From assembly GCF_013122565.1 (NCBI RefSeq), contig NZ_CP053258.1: a stretch of 64,000 nt of DNA, one strand, 5' to 3'. This DNA is from Escherichia coli (GTDB lineage: Bacteria; Pseudomonadota; Gammaproteobacteria; Enterobacterales; Enterobacteriaceae). The notes below the pieces were generated by a model, which was not told the origin of the DNA, ran no database searches, and saw nothing but the letters and a program-made list of their open reading frames with translations. Positions 21,920 to 35,630 of this stretch are shown one piece after another. The translations under genes were made by a program, and so were the position numbers. How positions within the stretch are numbered: position 1 is the stretch's first letter; every line of letters begins with the position of its first letter.

Positions 21920-23568
21920 TTGGGACGATACTGAATCAGCACCAGACGCTCCTGACGATCGATGGCATCTGCGGGCGGAATGGCGAGACTGTTGATATCT
22001 TCATCGCGTTCAACCGAAAGCACGAGTGTAATAATCCCCTCCTGACGGTGTTGATTAAGCCAGTTTGCGAACTCATCACCGCTGACAAATCTCCCTTTCG
22101 CATCCGGATAATTAAGGCCGTATTTCAACTCACCTGTCTGGCGATACATGATGATGTCATCGCGTTGCAGGCTCCATGCCAGACCTGCGGCAACACCGAC
22201 GCTATCAGTAAGAATATAGCGGCTTGGCTGAAGTGATTCTTGTGTCATCTCGACAAAAAATTGCGGATGTTTTCCTTCCATGACTCTGTCAGGAATTGAA
22301 AATCCTACCAGCAACGCCAGCCCCAGCGGGCAAAGCGCGGCAAAAGACCAGGTCTTTTCGACGTTTGTTAAGGTGTACCAGCCGAAAAATGCCCATAGCG
22401 AAAAAATCGACCAGGCACAAAAGACTTTATAGCTCTCGAAGGTTTGCCACACCGGCGTGTTCATTGGTCCCCAGGGGGAGACCACAAATGTGGCAATAAT
22501 GCCAGTGACGCCAAAAGCGATGTTAATCCAGCCATTAATCCGCAGCGCCAGAGGATTATTTTTTGCTGCCAGCAAAGCGTAATGCGCCAACAGCATTGCC
22601 AGAGGTGCAAAGCAAGAAAGAATATAGGTGGGCAATTTGCCTTTAGCGACGGAGAAAAACAGCAGCGGCATTATCGTCCAGCTCAACAAATAGACGGTTG
22701 CGGAATGCTTGCGGTTTTTCCAGCCTGTGTACAGTGCACCGGGGAGTAATCCCAGCCACGGCAGGCTACCGGCAATGATGACCGGCACGTAGTACCAGAA
22801 CGGAGCTCTATGTTGGGCATCATCCAGTGCAAAGCGTTGAATATGCTCAACCCAGAAAAAATAGTGCCAGAAGTCAGGCTCCCGCTGCGCTATAGCCAGT
22901 CCCCAGGGGAGAACCGTCAGTACGCAACTGATAACCGCCAGCCAGCCGTAAATAAAGAGATCTTTCCAGCGTTTTTGCGTCGCTACCCATGGCAGCACGC
23001 TTAATACCGGCACGGCAAGGGCGAGAAAACCTTTGGTCATCACCCCCATGCCGCAGGTGATTCCCAGCAGTAAAAATCCTGCGCTTTTGCCTTTCCACGT
23101 CTGTGCCTGCATTGCCAGCCAGAAGCTGCACATTCCCGCCACCAGCCAGAATGCAATAAACGGATCGAGCACGGCATAAGTGCCGATGGCATAGACAATA
23201 AACAATGAGAGATAAATTACTGTGGCGAGTAGAGCCAGACGTTTATCGCGCCATAAGCGCAGAGTAAACCAGGTCACCAGCGCGGCAGTTAACAGGGTCG
23301 CAAAGATAACGCCTGCCCGCACACCAAAGTTATTCGCGCCAAATAGCCATTGCCCAATGCTGTTAATCCAGTATCCGGCAATGGGTTTTTCGAAATAACG
23401 TAGCCCTAACAGATGGGGCACAATCCAGTCGCCGGATGCCAGCATTTCCCGACTGATTTCCGCATAACGCGTTTCATCGGGTTGCCAGAGCAGTCGCGTG
23501 CTGATCGGTAACAGGTAATAGCAGGCAATAAACGCGAAGAGGCCGATAAGGTAACGTACCGATTTCAT
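21916..23568 (-). CDS. arnT: Lipid A 4-amino-4-deoxy-L-arabinose transferase
   Basis: 550-aa polytopic glycosyltransferase (GT83-like); synteny. Confidence 0.93.
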
Positions 23569-24458
23569 CAGCGACTACCCGCAATTTGTTGGCAACCCAG
23601 CCAGCCTTCACGTCCGGCAATATTTCCGCGAACAACTTGTCCGAGCGGCAACGTCCCTGATAACAGTTCGCTTAAAGGGCAAAATGTCACGCCTTCCTGA
23701 GCTGCGCGTTTGAGGAGATCCACAAAATTATGCTGATAAGCGCAGCCTTCAACTTCGGCATGAATGGTATAAACCGGCGTGCCTTTATCTCGCAGGATGC
23801 GGTTGAGTAACCAACCGTTAAAATCTTCTGCTTTCACATCCCGACCAATCACTTCATCCCAGGTGGGTAAGGTCACCGGAATTTGCGCAGTGCCAGGGTT
23901 TCCTGATTCGAGCAGTGGACGGAACGGCATGGCCCCACGACAATCGCTGTTGTAGCGCAAATGGAACGCTTCTTTTGCTTCGATCACCTGCTGGTCGGCA
24001 CGCCAGCCCGCAGCGGCAGAACAGGTTACCGGTTGACCGATAATCTCTTCCAGAGTGCGAAGGCCGCGTGCAATATCGTCGATCATTGTTTGCCGATCCC
24101 AGTTACCGCTACGGGCTTGCCAGGCATGGTGATCCCAGGCGTGCAGGCCGACTTCGTGATGTTTAGCCGCTTCACGAATGATATCGGCATTGGCATGACC
24201 AATCTCTTTACCTGGCCAGGCCGTACCTGCCAGTAAAATATCCCAGCCATAAAGCGATGCCGCGTTTGAGCGCAGCATCTTCCACAAAAACTGTGGCTTC
24301 ACCAGTCGCCAGAGATGGCGGCCCATATTGTCCGGGCCGACGCTGAAAAAAATGCTGGCCTGAATATTATGCTTACTCAAGATTTCCAGCAGACGCGGCA
24401 CGCCTTCACGGGTGCCACGAAAGGTATCGACATCAATGCGTAAGCCTACTTTGGTCAT
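23568..24458 (-). CDS. arnD: Undecaprenyl-phosphate-Ara4FN deformylase
   Basis: 296 aa, polysaccharide-deacetylase-like; 1-nt overlap with arnT. Confidence 0.92.
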   Translation of the reverse strand: MTKVGLRIDVDTFRGTREGVPRLLEILSKHNIQASIFFSVGPDNMGRHLWRLVKPQFLWKMLRSNAASLYGWDILLAGTAWPGKEIGHANADIIREAAKHHEVGLHAWDHHAWQARSGNWDRQTMIDDIARGLRTLEEIIGQPVTCSAAAGWRADQQVIEAKEAFHLRYNSDCRGAMPFRPLLESGNPGTAQIPVTLPTWDEVIGRDVKAEDFNGWLLNRILRDKGTPVYTIHAEVEGCAYQHNFVDLLKRAAQEGVTFCPLSELLSGTLPLGQVVRGNIAGREGWLGCQQIAGSR

Positions 24459-26436
24459 GATGGTTTATCCGTAAGATCAACGGTGCGCAGGAAGAAATCC
24501 AGCGTTTCGTCGATGGTTTCCTGCATATCAATTTTCGGCTCCCAGTCCAGGCAGCGGTGGGCATTGCGGATGCTCGGTTTACGATGCTCTACGTCCTGAT
24601 ATCCTTTTCCGTAGTAGCTGCTACTTTCGACAACGCGAAAGCCCGCAAACGGTGGGAAATGATGGCGCAGCGGATGTTTTTCGAAGCTCGCCAGCAGCAT
24701 CTCGCCCAGTTCCTCAATGCTCGCTTCGTTCTCAGGATTGCCAATGTTGATAATTTCGCCGTCGCAGCGATTTCCCGCATTTTCGATAATGCGGTATAAC
24801 GCCTCGATACCATCGCGAATATCAGTAAAGCAGCGTTTTTGTTTTCCGCCATCAATCAGCTTAATCGGTGAACCTTCTACCAGATTGAGAATGAGTTGCG
24901 TAATCGCGCGGGAGCTGCCAATTCGCGCTGCATTAAGGTTATCCAGTCGTGGTCCCATCCAGTTAAACGGGCGGAAGAGGGTGAACTGTAAACCCTCTTT
25001 TTCGCCATAGGCCCAGATAACCCGATCAAGTAATTGTTTTGACACCGAATAAATCCAGCGTGGTTTATTCACCGGGCCGACGATTAAATTAGAATGGTCC
25101 TCATCGAAGTATTTATCGCTACACATCCCATAAACTTCTGAAGTTGATGGGAAGATGATTCGCTTACGGTACTTCACGCAGTAGCGGATAATGCGCAGAT
25201 TCTCTTCAAAATCGAGTTCAAATACGCGCAGCGGGTTGCGGGTATATTCAATCGGCGTGGCTATCGCCACCAGCGGCAAGACGACATCACATTTTTTGAC
25301 GTGATACTCAATCCATTCGGAATGAATACTGATATCGCCTTCGACAAAGTGAAAATGCGGATGATTCAGAAAACGGCTTATCGCATCGCTGCCAATATCC
25401 AGACCGTAAACTTCATAATGATCTTCGCGCAGCAGGCGTTCTGTCAGATGGTTGCCAATAAAGCCATTTACCCCGAGGATGAGTACCCGGGTACGGCGTC
25501 GGGCGGCACAGGCAGGCTGGCTATTCAAGCGTGAACCTTGCACCAGGCCCAGCGTCTGCGCTAATTGCGAGCCCTGCATAGTAATGCCGTCGCCCGCCTG
25601 TCCGGTGACGATTTCCAGCGCGCCATCGCCACAGGCAATCAGCAGTGGCGCAACAGAAATCACGCTCCCCGGCTGCGCTGCGGATGTATGAGGATGTACG
25701 CGTGACGACCAGACGGTGAATTTCTGATTGCCAGCATAGCTGAAGGCACCCGGCCACGGATCGGCAACGGCGCGGACCATGTTATGCAATACGGCTGCCG
25801 GTTTGTGCCACTCGAGGAAGCTATCTTCTGGTGCTCTGCGACCAAAACAGGTGGCTTCGTTCTCGCGTTGGGCGATTTCCAGAATATTAACGTGTTTAAT
25901 GGCGGGTAATGTCTGTTCCAGTAGCTGGCGCGCGGCATGGCACAATTTATGATGCAGCGTAATAGCGATATCGTCTGGCGCAATGGCAATGCGCAGTTGC
26001 GCCACAATGGCCCCGGCATCGGCACGTGTCACCATTCGGTGCAATGTAACGCCCGTTTCCGTTTCACCGTTCACCAGCACCCAGTTCAGCGGCGCGCGAC
26101 CACGATATTTTGGTAACAGCGAACCATGCAGATTAAATGCACCTGCGGGAGCGAGCTGCAAAATTTCGTCGCAAATAAGATGGCGATAATAAAAAGAGAA
26201 AATCACATCTGGCGACAGTTGGGCAATGCGTTCCACCCACAGCGGATGATTAACGTCATCCGGCGCATAAACCGGAATGCCTCTTTCCGCCGCCAGACGA
26301 GCCACCGAACCATAAAAGGCTTTTTCACCGGGATTATCGGTATGGGTAAAAATGGCGCTAATTTCGTAACCGGCAGCCAGCAGGGCTTCAATACCGAGGC
26401 ATCCCATATCGTGGTAGGCAAAAACGACGGTTTTCA

Positions 26437-26437
<1 letters not shown>
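24455..26437 (-). CDS. arnA: Bifunctional UDP-glucuronate decarboxylase / UDP-Ara4N formyltransferase
   Basis: 660 aa; N-terminal formyltransferase and C-terminal Rossmann dehydrogenase ([10 protein letters not shown]). Confidence 0.95.
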
Positions 26438-27408
<971 letters not shown>

Positions 27409-28566
27409 TTATTGTCCTGCGAGTTGCTGAAGGGCTGTGATGACACGGTCGGCATCGGCGGTGGTCATATCCGGGAACAGCGGCAAAGAACAGATGCGTT
27501 CGCTATTCCATTCGGTATTCGGTAACGACAGCGTGGGAAAACGCTCGCGATAATATTTTTGTGTGTGAGCGGCGCGGAAATGTAACCCGGTACCAATGCC
27601 TCTTTCTTTTAACGCTTCCATCAACGCATTTCGACTGATACCACAACGTTGTTCATCGACACGAATAATAAACAGATGCCAGGCGTGAACGTGCGGCCAG
27701 GCGGGAAGGCTTAATGGCTGAAAGGGGAGAGCTGCCAGTGCTTGCTGATATTGCAGGGCAATTTCGCGCCGACGGGTGTTGAGGTACTCTAATTTGGCTA
27801 ACTGTGTCATGGCAATCGCGGCGTTAATATCGGTCAGATTGTACTTATAGCCCGGCGTTAAGACTTCAGCCTGCGGTGCACGGCCCCAGGTTTGTCTGTC
27901 ATAGGCATCGACACCCAGACCGTGAAATTTCAACATCCGTAGCTGGCGGGCAAGATTTTCATTATCAGTAACAATCAGGCCACCTTCCGCACAGGTAATA
28001 TTTTTGATGGCGTGAAACGAAAAAATAGCGGTACCTTTTGCTCCAATATGTCGCCCTTTGTAATACGTACCGACGGCATGGGCTGCATCTTCGATAACTG
28101 CGATGCCGTAACGTTCGCCAAGGGCGCGAATGGCGTCAATATCTGCTGGCGCACCGGCATAATGCACCGGAATGATGGCTTTAGTGCGTGGCGTAATGGC
28201 TGACTCGATAGCTTCAGGCGTGACCATCAGCGTATCGCGGTCGACATCCACCATTACCGGCGTTGCACCCAACAAGGAGATCATATTGAGAGTTGAAACC
28301 CAGGTCAGGGAAGGCGTAATCACTTCATCACCCTTGCCAATTTCCAACGCCATTAGCGTGATATGCATTCCGGCGGTGGCTGAACTGACCGCGATGGCAT
28401 GCTGATTTCCCGTCAACTGGCAAAAGGCTTGCTCAAGCGCCTGATTCTTCGGACCGGTTGTGATCCAACCGGATTCGAGAACCTCTTTAACTGCAGCGAG
28501 TTCCTCCACGCCCATTGCTGGTCGCGAAAAAGGCAAAAATTCTGACATTGCTTTTCCTTCCGCCAT
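27409..28566 (-). CDS. arnB: UDP-4-amino-4-deoxy-L-arabinose aminotransferase (PLP-dependent)
   Basis: DegT/ArnB-type aminotransferase; start placed at ATG (MAEGKAM...), 5 codons inside the GTG-initiated track ORF; alternative start MSEFLPF. Confidence 0.9.
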   Translation of the reverse strand: MAEGKAMSEFLPFSRPAMGVEELAAVKEVLESGWITTGPKNQALEQAFCQLTGNQHAIAVSSATAGMHITLMALEIGKGDEVITPSLTWVSTLNMISLLGATPVMVDVDRDTLMVTPEAIESAITPRTKAIIPVHYAGAPADIDAIRALGERYGIAVIEDAAHAVGTYYKGRHIGAKGTAIFSFHAIKNITCAEGGLIVTDNENLARQLRMLKFHGLGVDAYDRQTWGRAPQAEVLTPGYKYNLTDINAAIAMTQLAKLEYLNTRRREIALQYQQALAALPFQPLSLPAWPHVHAWHLFIIRVDEQRCGISRNALMEALKERGIGTGLHFRAAHTQKYYRERFPTLSLPNTEWNSERICSLPLFPDMTTADADRVITALQQLAGQ

Positions 28567-28646
28567 TGAATACCTGTCCACTTATATTTGCTATAAAGAG
28601 TGTTGTGTATATTTTGCCATTTGGAGCGAAATTTTAAGGATAGAAT

Positions 28647-28663
28647 ATTAACTTAACCTTAAG
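28647..28663 (-). promoter_or_regulatory. PmrA (BasR) box upstream of arnB
   Basis: Minus strand reads CTTAAG-gttaa-GTTAAT (two YTTAAK half-sites, 5-bp spacer) about 80 bp upstream of the arnB ATG; matches the known PmrA-box architecture. Confidence 0.7.
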
Positions 28664-28855
28664 AAACTAATATTAGACGTAAATATTGAAATTTTTATAT
28701 TTTTTCTTATTTAGGCTTTGCATTTGGCAAAATTTTGAGGCATTTTGCCGACATCGTAGGATTTTTAATATTACACCAACTGCTAATTATCGCCAGAAAT
28801 GTCGCTCAATTTCACGGTAATTGTCTGGTTGCGCTTGTCTATAGGTGGAGTTTAC

Positions 28856-29458
28856 GTGTTAGCTTTTTGCCGCTCATCATTGAAGTCAAAAAAATATTTC
28901 ATCATTTTACTGGCGCTCGCTGCAATTGCCGGACTGGGTACTCATGCCGCCTGGAGTAGCAATGGTTTGCCACGTATCGACAATAAAACATTGGCCAGAC
29001 TGGCACAGCAGCACCCGGTTGTCGTTTTGTTTCGCCATGCTGAACGTTGCGATCGTTCAACTAATCAATGCTTGTCAGATAAAACAGGTATTACGGTCAA
29101 AGGTACCCAGGATGCCCGTGAACTGGGCAACGCTTTTAGTGCTGATATCCCTGATTTCGATCTTTATTCCAGTAATACCGTCCGGACCATTCAGTCGGCG
29201 ACATGGTTTTCAGCGGGTAAAAAGCTGACGGTAGATAAACGACTTCTTCAGTGCGGTAATGAGATTTATAGTGCAATTAAGGACTTACAAAGCAAAGCGC
29301 CTGATAAAAATATCGTTATTTTCACCCATAATCATTGCCTGACATATATTGCTAAAGATAAGCGTGATGCGACATTTAAACCCGATTATCTGGATGGTTT
29401 AGTCATGCATGTGGAAAAAGGCAAAGTTTATCTGGATGGGGAATTCGTTAATCAATAA
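28856..29458 (+). CDS. ais: Ais / PmrG-like periplasmic histidine-phosphatase-family protein
   Basis: 200 aa from GTG (VLAFCRSSL...) with RBS GGTGGAG; signal peptide; divergent from arnB. Confidence 0.8.
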   Translation: MLAFCRSSLKSKKYFIILLALAAIAGLGTHAAWSSNGLPRIDNKTLARLAQQHPVVVLFRHAERCDRSTNQCLSDKTGITVKGTQDARELGNAFSADIPDFDLYSSNTVRTIQSATWFSAGKKLTVDKRLLQCGNEIYSAIKDLQSKAPDKNIVIFTHNHCLTYIAKDKRDATFKPDYLDGLVMHVEKGKVYLDGEFVNQ

Positions 29459-29468
29459 ATTTTCAATC

Positions 29469-29490
29469 TGACAGCCAGTAATGGCTGTCA
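29469..29490. terminator. Perfect 9-bp inverted repeat between convergent ais and nudI
   Basis: TGACAGCCAgtaaTGGCTGTCA. Confidence 0.6.
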
Positions 29491-29496
29491 TCATTG

Positions 29497-29922
29497 TTAC
29501 AGAAGACCTTTCAAACGTAACGTTTTTCGGGTGGCGACATTCAAATCATAGTGCGCCAGATCTTCAGGTTTTACCCACGCGTAGTCCTGAAACTCTTCGT
29601 TTATTTTCACTTCTCGGTTGGCAGAAACGCAGTCAAAAATCAGGTAAATCATATAAATCTCTTCCTTGCGACCATCTGCATACGTCTTGGTGCGAATATC
29701 ATCGCTGAAGGTCCACGGCGTGATTTCTGTCAAAAGCAGCTGTTCTCCCAGTTCTTCGCGAATTTCGCGGCGTAGTGCCTCTTCAATTCGTTCGCCAGGC
29801 TCCACGCCGCCACCCGAAAGCGCCCATTGACCGGGGAAAACGCCGCGATCGTCGGCCATTTTACACAGCAAATAAGCACCATCATTTTGAATCAAAGGGC
29901 ATACAATAGTCCGTTGTCGCAC
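29497..29922 (-). CDS. nudI: Nudix hydrolase NudI (nucleoside triphosphatase)
   Basis: 141 aa from GTG ([10 protein letters not shown]...); Nudix box [23 protein letters not shown]. Confidence 0.85.
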
Positions 29923-30200
29923 AGGGGTATTCCTTATAAATAAAAAGAAACCATGAGAATACGGTAACTCAGAAATATGTGAAAGTGACAGTAATCTCTT
30001 TTGCGATGATAACTGCACTTATTATTATTTTTGTGTGTATCGGTAAAGTGTGTTTATTTTTTCGGCGTTTAATTATTTAAGAAGTATTTAGTTACAATAA
30101 GTGACTAGATCCCTTTTTTCGCTCATTGAATCCTCTGTGCCAGGCAGTACAATCCCGCAGCTTTGGGAATTTTGATTAATTGCTTGTGGGAAAGGGGATA

Positions 30201-30743
30201 ATGAAAAAAATTGCGCTAGCAGGTCTGGTCGGAATGCTGTTGGTTTCTGCATCGGTCAATGCAATGAGCATCAGCGGTCAGGCGGGTAAAGAATACACCA
30301 ATATTGGTGTCGGTTTTGGGACTGAATCGACGGGTCTGGCGTTAAGCGGTAACTGGACACATAACGACGACGACGGTGACGTCGCGGGCGTGGGGCTGGG
30401 GTTGAATCTGCCTCTCGGGCCGTTAATGGCGACCGTTGGCGGAAAAGGCGTTTACACCAACCCGAATTACGGCGATGAAGGTTATGCCGCAGCGGTAGGA
30501 GGTGGTTTGCAGTGGAAAATTGGCAACAGCTTCCGTTTGTTTGGCGAGTATTACTACTCTCCGGATTCGCTCTCCAGCGGTATTCAAAGTTATGAGGAAG
30601 CGAATGCTGGCGCGCGTTACACCATTATGCGTCCAGTCAGTATTGAGGCGGGTTATCGCTACCTGAATCTGTCGGGTAAAGACGGTAACCGCGACAACGC
30701 AGTGGCTGACGGCCCGTATGTTGGGGTTAACGCCAGTTTCTGA
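30201..30743 (+). CDS. yfaZ: Small outer-membrane beta-barrel protein YfaZ
   Basis: 180 aa from MKKIALAG...; signal peptide ending SVNA; Gly/aromatic-rich barrel-like sequence ending in F. Confidence 0.8.
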   Translation: MKKIALAGLVGMLLVSASVNAMSISGQAGKEYTNIGVGFGTESTGLALSGNWTHNDDDGDVAGVGLGLNLPLGPLMATVGGKGVYTNPNYGDEGYAAAVGGGLQWKIGNSFRLFGEYYYSPDSLSSGIQSYEEANAGARYTIMRPVSIEAGYRYLNLSGKDGNRDNAVADGPYVGVNASF

Positions 30744-30842
30744 TCCCTTCCGGCGCGGCATTCTGTCGCGCCATTCAGTTTCTTACTACGCCTTATCTCC
30801 CTTTGCGTTATAGTGATTCGATAACAAAAGCAGGAGATAACC

Positions 30843-32045
30843 ATGTTAAAAGTGGAAATGTTATCCACCGGGGATGAAGTGTTACACGGGCAAATCGTTG
30901 ACACTAACGCTGCCTGGCTGGCCGATTTTTTCTTTCATCAGGGGTTGCCTTTAACTCGCCGCAATACGGTGGGGGATAACCTTGATGACTTAGTCACCAT
31001 TCTTCGCGAACGTAGTCAGCACGCCGATGTGCTGATCGTTAACGGCGGGCTGGGGCCGACCAGTGATGATTTAAGCGCACTCGCCGCTGCGACAGCAAAA
31101 GGTGAAGGCCTGGTGTTGCATGAAGCCTGGCTCAAAGAGATGGAACGCTATTTCCACGAACGTGGACGAGTAATGGCACCGAGCAACCGTAAACAAGCGG
31201 AGCTGCCTGCCAGTGCTGAATTTATCAATAATCCGGTAGGCACCGCCTGTGGTTTTGCCGTGCAGCTTAATCGTTGCCTGATGTTCTTTACCCCCGGCGT
31301 ACCGTCAGAATTTAAGGTGATGGTCGAGCACGAAATCCTGCCGCGTCTGCGCGAACGTTTTTCTTTACCACAGCCGCCGGTTTGTCTGCGTTTAACTACC
31401 TTTGGTCGTTCGGAAAGCGATCTGGCACAAAGCCTGGACACTCTACAACTGCCGCCGGGCGTAACAATGGGCTATCGCTCTTCAATGCCGATCATCGAAC
31501 TGAAACTCACCGGACCGGCAAGCGAGCAACAGGCGATGGAAAAACTGTGGCTGGACGTTAAACGTGTTGCCGGACAGAGCGTGATTTTCGAAGGTACCGA
31601 AGGATTGCCCGCGCAGATCAGCCGCGAATTGCAAAACCGCCAGTTTAGCCTGACGTTGAGCGAGCAATTCACCGGTGGTTTATTGGCTTTGCAACTTTCT
31701 CGCGCAGGTGCGCCGCTGCTGGCTTGCGAAGTCGTACCATCGCAAGAAGAGACACTGGCACAAACCGCCCACTGGATTACAGAACGGCGAGCCAACCATT
31801 TTGCCGGGTTGGCGCTGGCTGTTTCGGGTTTCGAGAACGAGCATCTCAACTTTGCGCTAGCCACGCCAGATGGCACTTTCGCTCTGCGTGTGCGTTTCAG
31901 CACTACACGCTATAGCCTGGCTATCCGTCAGGAAGTGTGCGCAATGATGGCACTGAATATGCTGCGCCGTTGGTTAAACGGCCAGGACATCGCCAGTGAG
32001 CATGGCTGGATTGAGGTTGTTGAGTCCATGACCTTATCCGTCTGA
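30843..32045 (+). CDS. yfaY: CinA-like protein YfaY (MoCF-biosynthesis-like N-domain)
   Basis: 400-aa translation MLKVEMLSTGDEVLHGQIVDTNAAWLA... typical of the CinA N-terminal domain. Confidence 0.85.
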   Translation: MLKVEMLSTGDEVLHGQIVDTNAAWLADFFFHQGLPLTRRNTVGDNLDDLVTILRERSQHADVLIVNGGLGPTSDDLSALAAATAKGEGLVLHEAWLKEMERYFHERGRVMAPSNRKQAELPASAEFINNPVGTACGFAVQLNRCLMFFTPGVPSEFKVMVEHEILPRLRERFSLPQPPVCLRLTTFGRSESDLAQSLDTLQLPPGVTMGYRSSMPIIELKLTGPASEQQAMEKLWLDVKRVAGQSVIFEGTEGLPAQISRELQNRQFSLTLSEQFTGGLLALQLSRAGAPLLACEVVPSQEETLAQTAHWITERRANHFAGLALAVSGFENEHLNFALATPDGTFALRVRFSTTRYSLAIRQEVCAMMALNMLRRWLNGQDIASEHGWIEVVESMTLSV

Positions 32046-32056
32046 TTCCGCCACTC

Positions 32057-32081
32057 TGTGCCGGTTTACTGCACCGGCACA
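32057..32081 (+). terminator. Perfect 9-bp hairpin after yfaY
   Basis: TGTGCCGGTttactgcACCGGCACA, 12 nt after the yfaY stop; no strong T-run. Confidence 0.5.
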
Positions 32082-32264
32082 TTCCCCCTCCGGCAAAATT
32101 TGTCCAACCTGTTGTACTCAATAAGAAAAAATCCGTGCGCTGATTCACAAATTTGTGCGTAATTTCTCCAGTCCGTTGGACGAGGAGCGGGATTTGATGC
32201 GCTTCACAATTTTACTCCCCCTGAGCAACGAGACTGATTCCAGTATCTAAGACTGGAGTCCAGT

Positions 32265-33047
32265 ATGTTGGAATCAAGCAAAGTTCCCGCCCTGACACGG
32301 GCTATTGATATTCTCAATTTGATTGCCCGCATTGGCCCCTGTAATGCTGCGACGATCATTGACACATTGGGGATCCCTAAAAGCACGACCTATTTGCTGC
32401 TTAATGAACTCAGGCGTCAGCGTTTTCTTAGCCTTGATCACCAGGAAAATTTTTGTTTGTGGACCAGGCTGGTGGAGCTTTCCGGTCATGCGTTAAGCAA
32501 GATGGATCTCCGGGAACTGGCTCGACCGCGTTTGACGCAACTGATGGATACCACCGGGCTGTTATGTCACCTGGGGATTATTGATAACGGCAGCGCTTAT
32601 TACATTTTAAAAGTGGAGTCATCAGCCACTATCAGCGTGCGTTCCCATGAAGGAAAAAGCCTTTCGCTTTATCGCTCCGGAATAGGTAAATGCCTGCTTG
32701 CCTGGCAACCTGCAGCGGTACAGCAAAGTATTATCGAAGGGCTGGTCTGGGAGCAGACGACACCCACAACGATTACTCATCCACAGCAACTTCACGAAGA
32801 ACTGGCGCGTATTCGCCGTCAGGGCTGGAGCTATGACAACGGCGAAGATTACGCCGATGTCCGTTGTGTCGCTGCGCCGGTGTTTAACGCCAATAACGAG
32901 CTTACCGCTGCGATCTCGGTGGTCGGTACCCGCTTACAAATCAATGAAGAATACCGTGATTATCTGGCGGGCAAGGCCATTGCCTGCGCCAGGGATATTT
33001 CACGTCTGTTGGGATGGAAAAGTCCCTTTGACTTACAAGCCTCATAA
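32265..33047 (+). CDS. rhmR: IclR-family transcriptional regulator of L-rhamnonate utilisation
   Basis: 260 aa; N-terminal wHTH, C-terminal IclR effector domain; heads the rhm cluster. Confidence 0.85.
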   Translation: MLESSKVPALTRAIDILNLIARIGPCNAATIIDTLGIPKSTTYLLLNELRRQRFLSLDHQENFCLWTRLVELSGHALSKMDLRELARPRLTQLMDTTGLLCHLGIIDNGSAYYILKVESSATISVRSHEGKSLSLYRSGIGKCLLAWQPAAVQQSIIEGLVWEQTTPTTITHPQQLHEELARIRRQGWSYDNGEDYADVRCVAAPVFNANNELTAAISVVGTRLQINEEYRDYLAGKAIACARDISRLLGWKSPFDLQAS

Positions 33048-33061
33048 CAATGGAGAACATC

Positions 33062-34267
33062 ATGACCCTACCAAAAATTAAACAGGTTCGCGCCTGGTTT
33101 ACTGGCGGTGCGACAGCAGAAAAAGGCGCTGGCGGCGGTGATTATCACGACCAGGGGGCGAATCACTGGATAGACGATCATATTGCCACCCCGATGAGTA
33201 AATACCGCGATTACGAGCAGTCACGCCAGTCATTTGGCATTAACGTTCTTGGCACGTTGGTTGTTGAAGTCGAAGCAGAAAACGGCCAGACCGGATTCGC
33301 TGTTTCGACAGCCGGTGAAATGGGCTGTTTTATCGTCGAAAAACACCTTAACCGTTTCATTGAGGGTAAATGTGTCAGTGATATCAAACTGATCCACGAT
33401 CAAATGCTCAATGCCACCCTGTATTACTCCGGCTCTGGTGGCCTGGTGATGAATACGATTTCCTGTGTCGATCTGGCTCTGTGGGATCTGTTCGGCAAAG
33501 TGGTTGGGCTTCCGATTTATAAACTTTTAGGCGGCGCTGTTCGTGATGAGATTCAGTTCTACGCCACAGGTGCGCGTCCGGATCTGGCAAAAGAGATGGG
33601 CTTTATCGGTGGCAAAATGCCGACGCACTGGGGGCCACATGATGGCGATGCGGGGATCCGCAAAGATGCCGCTATGGTCGCGGATATGCGTGAAAAATGC
33701 GGTGAGGATTTCTGGTTAATGCTCGACTGCTGGATGAGTCAGGACGTGAACTATGCCACCAAACTGGCCCACGCTTGCGCGCCCTATAACCTGAAATGGA
33801 TCGAAGAGTGCCTGCCGCCACAGCAGTATGAAGGTTATCGCGAACTGAAACGCAACGCCCCAGCGGGGATGATGGTCACCAGTGGTGAGCACCACGGCAC
33901 ACTGCAATCTTTTCGTACGCTTTCAGAAACCGGTATCGACATCATGCAGCCGGATGTTGGCTGGTGCGGTGGCTTAACCACGCTGGTGGAAATTGCCGCA
34001 ATCGCCAAATCCAGGGGGCAACTGGTGGTGCCGCACGGTTCGTCTGTTTACTCCCACCATGCGGTGATCACCTTCACCAATACGCCATTCAGTGAATTCC
34101 TGATGACCAGCCCGGATTGTTCAACGATGCGTCCGCAATTTGATCCGATTCTGCTTAATGAGCCGGTTCCGGTGAATGGTCGTATTCATAAATCAGTGCT
34201 TGATAAGCCCGGTTTCGGCGTCGAACTCAATCGTGACTGCAATTTGAAACGCCCCTACAGCCACTAA
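33062..34267 (+). CDS. rhmD: L-rhamnonate dehydratase (enolase superfamily)
   Basis: 401 aa from [12 protein letters not shown]... with RBS GGAG. Confidence 0.9.
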   Translation: MTLPKIKQVRAWFTGGATAEKGAGGGDYHDQGANHWIDDHIATPMSKYRDYEQSRQSFGINVLGTLVVEVEAENGQTGFAVSTAGEMGCFIVEKHLNRFIEGKCVSDIKLIHDQMLNATLYYSGSGGLVMNTISCVDLALWDLFGKVVGLPIYKLLGGAVRDEIQFYATGARPDLAKEMGFIGGKMPTHWGPHDGDAGIRKDAAMVADMREKCGEDFWLMLDCWMSQDVNYATKLAHACAPYNLKWIEECLPPQQYEGYRELKRNAPAGMMVTSGEHHGTLQSFRTLSETGIDIMQPDVGWCGGLTTLVEIAAIAKSRGQLVVPHGSSVYSHHAVITFTNTPFSEFLMTSPDCSTMRPQFDPILLNEPVPVNGRIHKSVLDKPGFGVELNRDCNLKRPYSH

Positions 34268-34323
34268 TCACTCCGGGCGTTGCTGTGAGAACGGTAATGC
34301 CCACATATTCTAAGGAGCTTTTT

Positions 34324-35613
34324 ATGAGCACCGCTTTGCTTGACGCCGTGGTGAAGAAAAACCGTGCGCGTTTAATTCCGTTTATGTTGGCGCTGTATGT
34401 GCTGGCGTTTCTCGACCGTTCGAATATTGGTTTTGCCAAACAGACCTACCAGATTGATACCGGGCTGAGTAATGAAGCTTATGCGCTGGGAGCAGGCATT
34501 TTCTTTGTGGTATACGCGTTTCTGGGGGTTCCGGCGAATCTTTTGATGCGAAAACTGGGGGCCAGAACCTGGATTGGTACGACAACACTGCTGTGGGGAT
34601 TTCTTTCGGCAGCCATGGCATGGGCCGATACTGAAGCGAAATTTCTGATTGTTCGCACTCTGCTTGGTGCTGCGGAGGCTGGGTTTTTCCCTGGTATGAT
34701 TTATCTCACCTCGCAATGGTTTCCGCAGAGTAATCGCGCCAGCATTATGGGGCTGTTCTATATGGGCGCACCGCTGGCGTTAACACTGGGATCACCGCTT
34801 TCTGGCGCGCTGCTGGAGATGCATGGATTTATGGGGCATCCCGGCTGGTTCTGGATGTTTGTGATTGAAGGATTGTTGGCAGTCGGCGCTGGGGTATTCA
34901 CATTCTTTTGGCTTGATGACACACCGGAGCAGGCACGTTTTCTGAGTAAACAAGAAAAAAAGTTGCTTATCAATCAACTGGCAAGTGAAGAACAACAGAA
35001 AGTGACTTCCCGAATGAGCGATGCGCTGCGTAATGGGCGAGTCTGGCAACTGGCGATTATCTACCTGACCATTCAGGTGGCGGTTTACGGATTAATTTTC
35101 TTCTTGCCGACCCAGGTTGCTGCATTGCTGGGGACAAAAGTGGGCTTTACGGCGTCGGTGGTCACCGCCATTCCGTGGGTTGCTGCCTTATTTGGGACCT
35201 GGCTTATTCCGCGCTATTCCGATAAAACCGGCGAACGGCGTAATGTCGCAGCGCTGACATTACTGGCGGCGGGCATTGGTATTGGTCTGTCCGGGCTGCT
35301 TTCTCCAGTAATGGCGATCGTAGCGCTGTGTGTTGCAGCCATCGGGTTTATTGCCGTGCAGCCGGTGTTCTGGACGATGCCGACACAACTGCTTTCCGGT
35401 ACGGCGCTGGCTGCGGGGATTGGTTTTGTAAACCTGTTTGGTGCAGTGGGCGGGTTTATTGCCCCGATCCTGCGCGTGAAAGCAGAAACGTTATTTGCCA
35501 GCGATGCGGCGGGATTACTGACGCTGGCAGCGGTGGCGGTCATCGGTTCGCTGATTATTTTCACTCTGCGTGTATATCGTACTGTTGCGCAGACCGATGT
35601 GGCACATCATTAA
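34324..35613 (+). CDS. rhmT: MFS L-rhamnonate transporter
   Basis: 429 aa from [10 protein letters not shown]... with RBS AAGGAG; 12-TM MFS. Confidence 0.87.
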   Translation: MSTALLDAVVKKNRARLIPFMLALYVLAFLDRSNIGFAKQTYQIDTGLSNEAYALGAGIFFVVYAFLGVPANLLMRKLGARTWIGTTTLLWGFLSAAMAWADTEAKFLIVRTLLGAAEAGFFPGMIYLTSQWFPQSNRASIMGLFYMGAPLALTLGSPLSGALLEMHGFMGHPGWFWMFVIEGLLAVGAGVFTFFWLDDTPEQARFLSKQEKKLLINQLASEEQQKVTSRMSDALRNGRVWQLAIIYLTIQVAVYGLIFFLPTQVAALLGTKVGFTASVVTAIPWVAALFGTWLIPRYSDKTGERRNVAALTLLAAGIGIGLSGLLSPVMAIVALCVAAIGFIAVQPVFWTMPTQLLSGTALAAGIGFVNLFGAVGGFIAPILRVKAETLFASDAAGLLTLAAVAVIGSLIIFTLRVYRTVAQTDVAHH

Positions 35614-35630
35614 ATAGGTTAAGGAACACG

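Noticed and set aside
35328-35630. Upstream extension of rhmA (track start 35328) overlapping the rhmT 3-prime end
   Set aside because: The aldolase sequence starts at MNALLTNPF (35631), just after the rhmT stop; the extension is Cys/Gly-rich with no domain.
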